64,000 bases of DNA from Candidatus Binatia bacterium (GTDB lineage: Bacteria; Desulfobacterota; Binatia; HRBIN30). Location of the stretch: contig JBBRSP010000008.1 in the NCBI GenBank assembly GCA_038245295.1, positions 32,001 through 96,000 of the forward strand, written 5' to 3'. Under the pieces are notes generated by a model, which worked only from the letters and a program-made list of their open reading frames with translations, ran no database searches and was not told the DNA's origin. Shown one piece after another: positions 39,657 to 48,826 of this stretch (positions are counted from its first letter, which is position 1; each line of letters begins with the position of its first letter). The translations under genes were made by a program, and so were the position numbers.

Positions 39657-39833
39657 TCATCCAAGGCGCTGATCCCACAGCACAATCGCCGAGTCTTGTG
39701 GATGGGTGTCCAACAAGCGCACCCGCGACGCGGTGACCTTTCCAGCCGCGGCGAGCATGGCCCGCAGTGCCTCACCGCCCGCCTCGGCAAATAGCCATCG
39801 CAGGACAGCGCTCGTTTCTGCGTAGATCGTCAC
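39657..39833 (-). pseudogene. vapC: VapC/PIN toxin remnant (58 aa, internal deletion)
   Basis: GTGA-coupled to the antitoxin; MTIYAETSAVLRWLFAEAGG..KVTASR is joined directly to VRLLD, then an early stop. Confidence 0.7.
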
Positions 39834-40120
39834 CGGTCGCCGCGTTCCGCCGCCAGCAGGTCTTTACTCCCGACGGCGCGACGCAGGGGTGAGGCACGAT
39901 AGGCACGCGGATCCTGTGGCAAGCCCATGACGAGAAGTCCGTCGGCACACAGTCGTTGCATGAGTTGGTCGTGAACGGTCAGCGGGGTGCCTGGGCTGGG
40001 CTGCCGCAACTCGGCAATCACCGAGCCGCGATCTGTCACCAGCACGACCTCGCCGCTTTTGACCTCCCGCAAGTAGCTGCTGAGGCGATTCTTGAGCTCT
40101 TTGACGGCTACTGCCTTCAT
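39830..40120 (-). CDS. Phd/YefM-family antitoxin
   Basis: MKAVAVKELKNRLSSYLREVKSGEVVLVTDRGSVIAEL. Confidence 0.88.
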   Translation of the reverse strand: MKAVAVKELKNRLSSYLREVKSGEVVLVTDRGSVIAELRQPSPGTPLTVHDQLMQRLCADGLLVMGLPQDPRAYRASPLRRAVGSKDLLAAERGDR

Positions 40121-40128
40121 GGCACGCG

Positions 40129-40158
40129 AAGGTAGCCCCGTGTAGCTACAAGTGTCAA
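40129..40158 (-). promoter_or_regulatory. Sigma70-type promoter with a palindromic operator for the TA operon
   Basis: TTGACA-18bp-TACCTT, 8 nt before the ATG; perfect palindrome TGTAGCTACA (40141-40150) in the spacer. Confidence 0.65.
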
Positions 40159-40251
40159 CGGTGGCGCATGGGACAACTCCGCCACGCAGAGCGCGACGGC
40201 CACAACGCGGGCATTGCCCGCCACCCAACCCCACACCCGCAGAACGAATTC

Positions 40252-40332
40252 AACAGGATGGGCAGGATAAGCAGGAGGGAACAGGGAAGGCGTTCTTGTC
40301 GTGTTCATCCTGTATATCCTGCCCATCCTGTT
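40252..40332. repeat. CAGGAT 9-mer inverted-repeat element
   Basis: aacaggatg ggcaggata agcaggagg ... catcctgta tatcctgcc catcctgtt. Confidence 0.8.
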
Positions 40333-40374
40333 CAATGGCGCGTCTCCGCCCCGCGACAGTCACCCCTTCCGACG

Positions 40375-41832
40375 TCACGGACGGCCGCGCGGTGGTTCCG
40401 GACGCTGCATGTGCATGTGGTCCATGTCCGGCGGATGCGGCTTGTCGGGCAGATCGGGACGGCCTGGGTGATCCGGTGGCATCGGGCGATCCGGCGGGCG
40501 CGGCGCATCGGGGAGGTCTGGACGATCGGGAGCGTACGCGTGGTCGGGCCGTTCTGGAAGGATTGGCGGATTCGGTCGGTCCGGGTTGTCGATATGATCG
40601 ACGTGTTCCGGTTTGTCGGGGCCATGGTGATCTTGCTGGTCCGGCATTCCTGGGGGATGCCCGCCGTGATCATCAAGCGGGGGCGGTGCGGCGGTGTCGC
40701 TGCCATCGCCCTTCGGCGTGTCTGGATGCGAATGATCGCCACGGTCGTGCGGCCGGCCGGTGTCGGCGCCAGGCTTGGCTTCCTGGCCGCCGAGGGGTGG
40801 CGGTGCCGGCAGGTCGGGAGCCAGCGCGACGCGCTCCGCTACCAGGTGGTGATCGCGAATGATTGCTTCGACGTGCACCGGTCCGAGCGAACCTGCCTGC
40901 AGCGCACTCGACAGTTTGGTCGATGACTCGATGCGATACGCGCCGACCTGAACCGCGCCATTGGCGGCAGCTCCGGCGTAGCCTTCTATGTCGATGTGCT
41001 CGACGCGGCCGTCGAAGGGTAGGGCGGGCGCCACTTCGATCGAGCGGGCGACGAGCGCGGTACCATCCCAATGACCGGCAACACGTACCTCCGAACCAAC
41101 GCTCGCCTTTGGCGGCGTGTCGGTTCGTACGTGTATCCCACCAACTTCCGCGCTGCCGGCGGCCAGGCTGCTCAGTGGTCCGTTCAGCAGCGCCTCGTCC
41201 GCCGTGCCGCCGCGGCTGATGTGCGAGGCGATGACGACGCCATCCGGGCGCCGCAGGCCGCTGATACGCACCGATGCATTGAGCGGCAGCGACTGTATCG
41301 AGGCCGCTTCGCCGGAGTCCAGACGTGTGGTGGCGGACAAACTCACGGTTTGGCCGATGACATCGATCTCGTTGTGCACGACGTCGACGCGCGTGATTGG
41401 CCCACTGACTACGTGATGCAGACTGATGCTTGCCGCGTGGCGTTCCTCGCCGTCGCCGCGGGCGACGATTTCGACGACATGACCAATCGCCAGATCGCTC
41501 GCCGCAGCGGCTCTGCCATCGATGTGAACCGGCGTGTCGCCGTCGTAGTGGATTTCGATGTTGCCGACACAGATGCTGGCGAAGCCGGTGATCGTGCCGA
41601 TGACGCCACTTGTGATGGCGGCCTGGATGCCGGTGCCGCCGATACCGCCTTCGTCGTCCGGCCCATTGGCCGTGATGCCGGTGCCGCCAATGCCGCCCTC
41701 GTCGGGACGCGATTGGCCACCGTTGGCGCAGCGGTTCCCTGCCGCCGCCAGATGCGGCGCTGCGAGGAGAATCAGCGACAGGCCGTTGGCGACAATCAAC
41801 CCTGCGGCGCGCCGCATTCGTCTAACGATCAT
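40375..41832 (-). CDS. DUF5666-domain secreted protein with a Pro/Asp/His-rich tail
   Basis: Signal peptide, two GGIGGTG motifs, GTITGFASICV, repeated OB-like units, (PDxPxx)n C-terminus. Confidence 0.8.
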   Translation of the reverse strand: MIVRRMRRAAGLIVANGLSLILLAAPHLAAAGNRCANGGQSRPDEGGIGGTGITANGPDDEGGIGGTGIQAAITSGVIGTITGFASICVGNIEIHYDGDTPVHIDGRAAAASDLAIGHVVEIVARGDGEERHAASISLHHVVSGPITRVDVVHNEIDVIGQTVSLSATTRLDSGEAASIQSLPLNASVRISGLRRPDGVVIASHISRGGTADEALLNGPLSSLAAGSAEVGGIHVRTDTPPKASVGSEVRVAGHWDGTALVARSIEVAPALPFDGRVEHIDIEGYAGAAANGAVQVGAYRIESSTKLSSALQAGSLGPVHVEAIIRDHHLVAERVALAPDLPAPPPLGGQEAKPGADTGRPHDRGDHSHPDTPKGDGSDTAAPPPLDDHGGHPPGMPDQQDHHGPDKPEHVDHIDNPDRPNPPILPERPDHAYAPDRPDLPDAPRPPDRPMPPDHPGRPDLPDKPHPPDMDHMHMQRPEPPRGRP

Positions 41833-42706
41833 CGCCAGATTCCTTCCGGGTCGGTGCCGCTTCCTCGTCCTCGTTGAACACGTAGAGACCGACGTTCAAC
41901 CGCTGCGACGATCCTGGCAATCCAGAGGTCTCTTTTTGCAACTGCAGGGCGCACGCGTTGATTTCCTGTAGGACTTCCATGCCCCGACGTTGCGCCAGCT
42001 CCTTGAGCTCGGCGACGGCGGCGGGGCTCAGGTTGTTGTAGTTGACGCTGCGCTCGAGCAACGGCGGGGTTTGGCCCAAGACATTGTGTACCGCCGCGGC
42101 GGTATGATCGTGCAGATTGCGACCGAAGTAGTACGTCATCTCTTCCGAACCTGGAGCTGCCACGAATGCCTGCGCATCGAGGCGGACGCAATCATCGGCA
42201 TCGAGATGCGCGACGCCGAGGCGCAGCCATTCATCGAGTACGACGCGCGGACGAATATCCTTGTTGACTGTCCGTACCAGAGATTCGAAGCTTTGCTCGA
42301 TCCGCTTGCGCGGCAGTCGCGGTAAAGGTCTCGGCTGGCCCTGCGCATCGAGGTATTCTGGGATCGTCGTCCAACGAGCGATGAGCTGTGATGCAAGCGA
42401 AGCCGTGCGTGAAGGCTTCGGTGTCGGGTGCCGGTCGTCGCGCAGGCGGCGTACGTCCTTGCGGTGCACGCCTGTAAGGAGGCTGATGCGACTGTCGGTC
42501 TGGCGTTTTCCCGCGACGGGGAACTCGTCGACCGCGAGCTCAATATAGAGGCCGCGCAGAATGTTGGAGACCGATGGGAAGAGCAGATTGCGGCTGATCA
42601 GCAAGCGGACCAATGGACGAAGGATACGACGAACCGCCGCGCTCAGCCCCGGATTGGGGTCTTCGGGCGTCCCTATCGACTCGCTCTGGTCCTTGTCCAC
42701 AGCCAT
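41822..42706 (-). CDS. DUF6502-family protein (possible DNA-binding protein)
   Basis: LRPLVRLLI, KRQTDSRISLLTGVHRKDV, SFESLVR..KDIRPRVVLDEW, YFGRNLHDH, LERSVNY. Confidence 0.8.
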   Translation of the reverse strand: MAVDKDQSESIGTPEDPNPGLSAAVRRILRPLVRLLISRNLLFPSVSNILRGLYIELAVDEFPVAGKRQTDSRISLLTGVHRKDVRRLRDDRHPTPKPSRTASLASQLIARWTTIPEYLDAQGQPRPLPRLPRKRIEQSFESLVRTVNKDIRPRVVLDEWLRLGVAHLDADDCVRLDAQAFVAAPGSEEMTYYFGRNLHDHTAAAVHNVLGQTPPLLERSVNYNNLSPAAVAELKELAQRRGMEVLQEINACALQLQKETSGLPGSSQRLNVGLYVFNEDEEAAPTRKESGDDR

Positions 42707-42745
42707 CTATTTTCTCTTTAACACAGAAATTCTCTTTAAAACATA

Positions 42746-42774
42746 TTGACGTGTGACTTTTTCCCACATATTTT
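42746..42774 (+). promoter_or_regulatory. Sigma70-type promoter with an imperfect palindrome filling the 17-bp spacer
   Basis: TTGACG-TGTGACTTTTTCCCACA-TATTTT in an AT-rich divergent intergenic region. Confidence 0.6.
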
Positions 42775-42814
42775 CACCGTCGTCTAGCGAGACGCAGAAA
42801 TGGAGTACGCCGCA

Positions 42815-44230
42815 ATGAAGTTGTCGTGGACGAACCGTATGAGCAGCCCGCTCCGCATCAGGTTGCTCGTTCTGTTCTTGATGAGTTGCGTCGGTACGAC
42901 GCGGCGCGGGGCGGCGCAACAGACTTCCTCGTATGTTCCGCACATCGTCAATGGTCAGATCACGTCGGCCTACCCGTCGACCGGTCTTTTCCTGGCCTTC
43001 GACGATACGGCGGCCACCAGTCTTTACGGCCTGTGCTCCGGAACTCTGGTCGGTTGCCAAACCTTTGTTACAGCGGCGCACTGCGTCTGCCCCGACTCAA
43101 CTACCGACGCTTCCGGTTGCCTGCTCCTCGGCCTTCAGGACCCGGCGACAATCCGGATCTTCCTGCCCAATGCCGGCCTCTTCGAAGTCAGCAGTGTCAG
43201 CATCGCGCCGAACTATGACTTCGCTGTTCACGGCGACGTCGCGGTGGTCAAGCTGGCGAAGCGGGTGACGGGCATTGCGCCGACCGCACTCAATACGACC
43301 AAACGCGTCGACCCGGGCGCACAGGTCAAGATCGTCGGCTACGGCACCACCAAGGGCGGACGATTCTCAGCCGACGACAGTGGCATCAAACGCGAGGGTG
43401 TCGTTTCTACATCGACGTGTCCGAGCGACATTCCTGACGACCAACATGTCTGCTGGCAGTTCGACGGCCAGGGTTCGAACGGCTGCTCGGGCGACTCGGG
43501 TGGTCCCTTGTTTGTCGACTTTGGGACGGGCCCGCTATTGGCGGGAATTACGTCCGGTGGGAACACCAGTGATTGCCTGCCGCCGGACATCGGCTTCGAT
43601 ACGGATGTCTTCGTGAATCGCAGTTGGATCCAGGACACGGCCGGCAGCGATCTCACGACGCAGAGCTGCGATCTTGCGGCGGTAGGCAGCGGCGGCGTCA
43701 CGACGACGTCGACGACCGGCCAGTTCACGACCGCCAGCTCTGGGGCAAGTCTTTCTGTCGACGTTCCCGCCGGGACCTCGTTGTTGCGCGTCGCCCTGAA
43801 TGGCCAGTTGGGGTTCGGAACTCGCCCGGGTAGCGATTCGAACGACTTCGATCTGTTCTTGCGTTACGGCAACCAGCCAACGGCGCAGACCTTCGACTGC
43901 GCCGATACCAATCCGACCACTTTTGGATTCTGTGAGATCGCCGCGCCGCAAGCCGGCACCTGGCATGTGCTCGTACGTCGCAACAGCGGCGCCGGCGCGT
44001 ATCAGGTGACAACAACGCAGTTCAACCAGTCGACGGTTGCTGCCTGCACCGGTGATTGCAACGGCGATGGCCAGGTCACCGTTGATGAGTTGCTCACCGG
44101 CGTCAGTATCGCCCTCGGTGCGGATGCCGCTTTATGTCCAAGCTTCACCGTCGGAGTCGATGGCAGTGTGTCGATTGATCAACTGATCATGGCCGTCGGC
44201 TTTGCGTTGAATCAGTGTCCGGTTCGCTGA
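42815..44230 (+). CDS. Secreted trypsin-like serine protease (S1) + PPC domain + dockerin-like domain
   Basis: IVNG, CSGTLV..TAAHC, GDVAV, GDSGGP; DFDLFLRYG..AGTWHVLV; GDCNGDGQVTVDEL. Alternative start 42800. Confidence 0.9.
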   Translation: MKLSWTNRMSSPLRIRLLVLFLMSCVGTTRRGAAQQTSSYVPHIVNGQITSAYPSTGLFLAFDDTAATSLYGLCSGTLVGCQTFVTAAHCVCPDSTTDASGCLLLGLQDPATIRIFLPNAGLFEVSSVSIAPNYDFAVHGDVAVVKLAKRVTGIAPTALNTTKRVDPGAQVKIVGYGTTKGGRFSADDSGIKREGVVSTSTCPSDIPDDQHVCWQFDGQGSNGCSGDSGGPLFVDFGTGPLLAGITSGGNTSDCLPPDIGFDTDVFVNRSWIQDTAGSDLTTQSCDLAAVGSGGVTTTSTTGQFTTASSGASLSVDVPAGTSLLRVALNGQLGFGTRPGSDSNDFDLFLRYGNQPTAQTFDCADTNPTTFGFCEIAAPQAGTWHVLVRRNSGAGAYQVTTTQFNQSTVAACTGDCNGDGQVTVDELLTGVSIALGADAALCPSFTVGVDGSVSIDQLIMAVGFALNQCPVR

Positions 44231-44485
44231 TGGGAGGGCCATCCGGCGTATCGTTGCGTAGCGTGAACGTGCAGCCAACTGCAGTGGATTTGCCGTTCAT
44301 GGTGCCGACGCGGACACGACCGCTGCAAACGGGAGCAGTGGGGGAGAAAGGAAGTACGCGAATGGAAAGGCCGACAGTGCGGGTACGCCGCACGGAGATG
44401 CCCTCCAACTCGGGCTAACGACGCCGCCCACGGTCGGCGTCGGCGATTGGAAACTCACCACAATGGACTTGAAGGAGATTCACTC

Positions 44486-44926
44486 ATGAAGCATCTGAAA
44501 CTGTTCTTGTTCGCCATGGTCCTCCTGGCGGCATTTGTCCTGCAAGCATCGGCGCATGGCCACGGCGGGCATGGTGGTGGACCGGATGGTCCTGGCGGAC
44601 CGCCGGATCGTCTGCCGGGTGGTCGTCCCTTCGGACGATTGGTGGATCGTCTCATCGATCCGTGCCGCGACGACTGTCGTACCGCGTCGCGTACCTGCGG
44701 CGAAGCCACGGAAGACGCCGCCTTCAGCTGTGCCCAGACGACGTGTGCTGATTCGATCACCGCGGCGCAGAGCGCTTGCGCCACCGATCGTTCCGCCCAG
44801 ACTTGTCGCGACGCGGTAGATGTCCTGCGCACCTGTGTTACCCCCTGCCTCGACGAGCAGTCGACCGCTCGCACAACGTGTGTGACGACACTGCGTGCCT
44901 GTCTGGATGCCTGCGCGGCCAACTGA
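44486..44926 (+). CDS. Small secreted Cys-rich hypothetical protein
   Basis: RBS AAGGAG, signal peptide, Gly/His/Pro linker, 12 Cys with CX3C/CX6C helical spacing. Confidence 0.75.
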   Translation: MKHLKLFLFAMVLLAAFVLQASAHGHGGHGGGPDGPGGPPDRLPGGRPFGRLVDRLIDPCRDDCRTASRTCGEATEDAAFSCAQTTCADSITAAQSACATDRSAQTCRDAVDVLRTCVTPCLDEQSTARTTCVTTLRACLDACAAN

Positions 44927-45060
44927 GCCGAACTGTCCGTAACAACACAACGGGGGCGCACATCTGGTGTGCCCCCGCTGATTGCGCGTGAGCGCCTCCG
45001 CTGTGGTCATCGGCCGATTCACGATTGCAGCACGACCGCGAAGCGCCTACCACCCACCCG

Positions 45061-45870
45061 ATGCGAGGCTTGATTGGGTGTTTGGTTTGCGGCGCCAGTG
45101 CGGCTCTCGCGCTTGTCCTCCTGTGGCCAACCATCGGGCTGGCAGCGGACGCCCCCAAACTCAGTGTCGGTCTCGGCTACCATTTCAGCTCCGGAAAATA
45201 CGGCACGTCGAGCACCACGGAGATCGGTTACATCCCACTCGCCTTCAAGCTGGCGACAGCCCGATGGGCGCTCCAGGCCACAGTGCCCTATTTGCGTATC
45301 AGTGGTCCTCCGGGCGTCGTGCAAGGGCCCAATGGCGTTGTTCAGACGGTCGGCGGCGAGTCCGACGGCCTCGGCGACATTCTCGGGCGCGCCTCCTATA
45401 CCATCTGGCCGCACGACCAATGGTTCCCCTGGGTGGAGTTCATTGGCCGCGTGAAGTTTCCGTCGGCCAGTCGTCATGACGGGCTTGGCACCGGCAAGTT
45501 CGACTATGGCACTGAAATCGAGTTGTCGTGGAACATCGGCAAGCTGACGCCGTTTGTCGGCGGTGGCTATCGCTTCCTTGGTAGTCCTCCGGGATTCGTG
45601 CTCAGCGACGTGTTCGTTGGCTCCGGTGGTGCGATGTACCACCTCTCGGATTCCCTGAATGCCGGCGTCTTTATCGACTATCGTGAATCACCGTCGGCAA
45701 GCTCTGGCGAACGCCTCGACCTCATCCCATTCGTGACCTGGAAGCTTGAGCGCCAATGGTCGGTTGACACCTACGTTTCGGCCGGACTCGCCAAGGGCAG
45801 CCCCGACGTCGGTACGGGAATGCAGCTGACCTACACGTTGCCCGACGAGTTGCTCGGTTCCTCGCACTGA
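45061..45870 (+). CDS. Outer-membrane beta-barrel protein (transporter-like)
   Basis: Signal peptide, YHFSSGKYG, GLGDI, GLGTGKFDY, alternating amphipathic strands. Confidence 0.72.
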   Translation: MRGLIGCLVCGASAALALVLLWPTIGLAADAPKLSVGLGYHFSSGKYGTSSTTEIGYIPLAFKLATARWALQATVPYLRISGPPGVVQGPNGVVQTVGGESDGLGDILGRASYTIWPHDQWFPWVEFIGRVKFPSASRHDGLGTGKFDYGTEIELSWNIGKLTPFVGGGYRFLGSPPGFVLSDVFVGSGGAMYHLSDSLNAGVFIDYRESPSASSGERLDLIPFVTWKLERQWSVDTYVSAGLAKGSPDVGTGMQLTYTLPDELLGSSH

Positions 45871-45905
45871 TTGCTTCACCCGAAGCTGCGGTTCAGTAAC
45901 GACTG

Positions 45906-46031
45906 CGCAGGCTGAAGCCTGCGCCTACCACCTGCCTGTCCGATGCTGAGATCGGTAGGCGCAAGCGTCAGCTTGCGGTTCCCCCAGCCTGTCCGACGCA
46001 GAAATCGGTAGGCGCAAGCTTCAGCTTGCGG
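45906..46031. repeat. Cluster of three GTAG-type REPs with a 53-bp tandem duplication
   Basis: Units at 45906-45929, 45954-45978 and 46007-46031. Confidence 0.8.
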
Positions 46032-46117
46032 TTCGAGAGCATCAGGGAATGGCGCACTCTGGGAGGGCGCTCGAAACGTAATTGCCGCTCGTGCCGCGGC
46101 GGACTAAGACGACGCTC

Positions 46118-47104
46118 ATGCAAACACGCACGTTGGGGAATAAGGGTCCGCACGTTTCGCGGCTCGGTCTGGGATGTATGGGCATGTCGGAATTCTACGG
46201 CGCGCGCGACGAGAAAGAGTCGATTGCGACAATCCATCGCGCCCTCGAGTTGGGCGTCAACTTTCTCGACACGGCGGACATGTACGGCCCGTTCACCAAC
46301 GAAGAGCTCGTCGGCCGCGCCATTCGTGATCGTCGCGACAACGTGGTGTTGGCAACCAAGTTCGGCATCGTCCGCGGGTCGACGCCGCAGGATCGCAGCA
46401 TCTGCGGCAAGCCGGAGTATGTGCACCAGGCATGCGACGCCAGCCTGCGTCGCTTGGGCGTCGACGTCATCGATCTCTACTATCAGCACCGCGTTGATCC
46501 GGCGGTGCCAATCGAGGAGACCGTGGGCGCCATGGCGCAGCTGGTGAAGGCCGGCAAGGTGCGCCATCTCGGGCTCTCCGAAGCGAGTGAGCAGACTCTG
46601 CGCCGCGCCAGCGCGGTGCACCCGATCGCCGCCTTGCAGAGCGAGTACTCCTTGTGGAGCCGCGATCCGGAAGACGGCATCCTGCAAACCTGTCGCGGGC
46701 TCGGCATCGGGTTCGTTGCGTACAGTCCGCTCGGGCGTGGCTTTCTCACTGGCCAGATCAAACGTTTCGAGGACCTCGAGGCTGACGACTACCGCCGCTT
46801 CTCGCCACGATTCCAGGGCGAGAACTTCGACAAGAACCTCCACCTCGTCGCCCGTATCGAGCAGATGGCAGCCAGGAAGGAGTGTACGACGTCGCAGCTG
46901 GCGTTGGCGTGGGTGCTGGCGCAGGGCGACGACATTGTGCCGATCCCCGGCACCAAGCGCCGTACCAACCTGGAGCAGAACGTCGGCGCCATCGATGTCG
47001 CCTTGAGCGCCGCCGACCTGGCGCATATCGAAGAGATCGCCCCGAAGGGTGCCGCGGCTGGATTGCGTTATCCCGCGGCGATGATGGGCTTCGTGAATCA
47101 GTAG
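46118..47104 (+). CDS. Aldo/keto reductase
   Basis: [43 protein letters not shown]. Confidence 0.93.
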   Translation: MQTRTLGNKGPHVSRLGLGCMGMSEFYGARDEKESIATIHRALELGVNFLDTADMYGPFTNEELVGRAIRDRRDNVVLATKFGIVRGSTPQDRSICGKPEYVHQACDASLRRLGVDVIDLYYQHRVDPAVPIEETVGAMAQLVKAGKVRHLGLSEASEQTLRRASAVHPIAALQSEYSLWSRDPEDGILQTCRGLGIGFVAYSPLGRGFLTGQIKRFEDLEADDYRRFSPRFQGENFDKNLHLVARIEQMAARKECTTSQLALAWVLAQGDDIVPIPGTKRRTNLEQNVGAIDVALSAADLAHIEEIAPKGAAAGLRYPAAMMGFVNQ

Positions 47105-47135
47105 AACAAATCGGCGCGCGCCAAAGGCTGCGTTC

Positions 47136-47972
47136 CTAGAGCGGCAAGGAGGTGCGGAAGAGGATGAAGCGGCTCAACATCTCGCCAACCACGACTGATA
47201 GGATGGCAATGTAGAACAGACCAGTGGCGGCCATCGTTTGCGGGATCTTGAGTGTCTGCCAGATCATCCAGGCAAAGCCCGCCGAGGCGACGGGACCGGC
47301 GAGCAATCGGGCTAGAAGCAGCATGTCGTGTTCGTTGAGTAGGCGCTGCAGGGCCGCGCCACTGGGCGCCGTACCGATGATGGCAATCAGACCGCACGAG
47401 ACGGCGATCGAGCCGACTTGCAAGCCGATCGTCGTCGCGAAGAACTTGAGCATCGTGCGAAACGGTTCGATCGAGAGCTCGTTGTCGATGAGGTACCAGT
47501 GGCCGAGCAGCATGCCGGTCGTCACGGCGCCAAGCACCAACGAGGAAATCACGAAGCTGATCGGGTAGAGAATCGTTTCGATCGACAGCCAACCGCCGAG
47601 GCGAAAGGCTTGTGCGCCGAGCGCCAAGGCCAAGATCGCACCCATCCAACACACAACAAAGGCGCGTGCCCGCTGCGCATAGTTCTCGCCCCACAAGCTG
47701 CGCACGTAGACAATGCCTGCGGCCAGGGAGAGGACCCACACGACCAGCTCGATGATGTCGAGTGTCGTAGTCGGGCGAGCGTTGGTTGTCGGGCTGACAA
47801 TGAGCGCGATGCGACCGGCAAAGGCCAAGAGACCGAAGCCGACGTAGATCCCCGCTGTCGATTTGTAGAAGCCACGCTCGATATCGTGGAACGGCGGGAT
47901 GGCAATGGCCAGCATGCCGCCCGCGTAGAGCTCGGCGAAGACCAGCAAGAAGCAGCGCGCCAGGATGTCCAT
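47136..47972 (-). CDS. Conserved hypothetical integral membrane protein (GHWYL motif)
   Basis: About 8 TM helices, MLLGHWYL and TMAATGLFY motifs. Confidence 0.75.
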   Translation of the reverse strand: MDILARCFLLVFAELYAGGMLAIAIPPFHDIERGFYKSTAGIYVGFGLLAFAGRIALIVSPTTNARPTTTLDIIELVVWVLSLAAGIVYVRSLWGENYAQRARAFVVCWMGAILALALGAQAFRLGGWLSIETILYPISFVISSLVLGAVTTGMLLGHWYLIDNELSIEPFRTMLKFFATTIGLQVGSIAVSCGLIAIIGTAPSGAALQRLLNEHDMLLLARLLAGPVASAGFAWMIWQTLKIPQTMAATGLFYIAILSVVVGEMLSRFILFRTSLPL

Positions 47973-47999
47973 GAAATCTTTCTATGCGCTCTCGGATTA

Positions 48000-48307
48000 G
48001 AGACTGTTGATTTTCTCTGATCGCGCGTTTGAAGGCGTACAAACACCTCCGTCATTCCGGTGGAAGAGTCTGTCGATTTTCTCTGATTCGTCGTTTGAAA
48101 CAGCGCAAACAACCCCCGTCATACCGGCGAAAGCCGGTATCTCGCCAGCATTCGAGGCTTCCAGCAGGGGGAGATCCCGGTTTTCACCGGGATGACGTTG
48201 CTCCACTTTGGTTTTACGACACACTCTTTCGCCGGACGTTGCTTCATTTCAGTTTATCGACAGTCTCCTTCGCCGACGGGGTGGCATCCGAGTTTATCGA
48301 CTGTCTC
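48000..48307. mobile_element. Nested MITE copies around a CGTC-type REP doublet
   Basis: Left ends at 48000 and 48066 (GAGWCTGTYGATTTTC); right ends at 48211, 48252 and 48292 (GTTTATCGACAGTCTC-like); core cgtcataccggcgaaagccggtatctc..gagatcccggttttcaccgggatgacg. Confidence 0.7.
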
Positions 48308-48308
48308 C

Positions 48309-48689
48309 TTAGCCGCTGTGCGCGACGAGACCATCTCGTCCGTTGAAACGCCGCCGGTACCAGTCGTGAACCAGACCGGCCGTCATGACGAAGAGTCCCG
48401 TCAACGTCAGTAAGCGGCCGCCGGCATGAACGATCTGGTAAAAGTCGAGCTTGGCCCCGATCAGGTCCGTATTGTCGGTGACGCCCTGGAACGGCCGCAG
48501 TAAGGTTGCGTTCGTGCGCGCCGACAGCTCGCGGAATTCAACGAAGCGCCCCACGCGCAACGGGCGTTCCGATTTGCTGAGCAACCGCTCGTACTCGGCG
48601 ACCTTGCGGGCGCCGACGATCCAGTTGCCGATCCCGAGCAGCAGGAGAACGAGCCCGACCGGCACGAATCCGCTGCGCCAAATGCTCAT
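48309..48689 (-). CDS. Hypothetical two-TM membrane protein
   Basis: 126-aa ORF with N- and C-terminal hydrophobic helices. Confidence 0.65.
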   Translation of the reverse strand: MSIWRSGFVPVGLVLLLLGIGNWIVGARKVAEYERLLSKSERPLRVGRFVEFRELSARTNATLLRPFQGVTDNTDLIGAKLDFYQIVHAGGRLLTLTGLFVMTAGLVHDWYRRRFNGRDGLVAHSG

Positions 48690-48826
48690 GGGCCAGCGGT
48701 TAGCATAGGGCCCTGGGGTGCAGAAGGGACTGCCGGTTGAAAGGTTGCACAGCCGTTTCCGTGATTGCGCGCCCTGAGGACGTTGGTTAGAAGCTCAGCC
48801 AGTCCTCTCCTCAGGACGGGCAGGCA

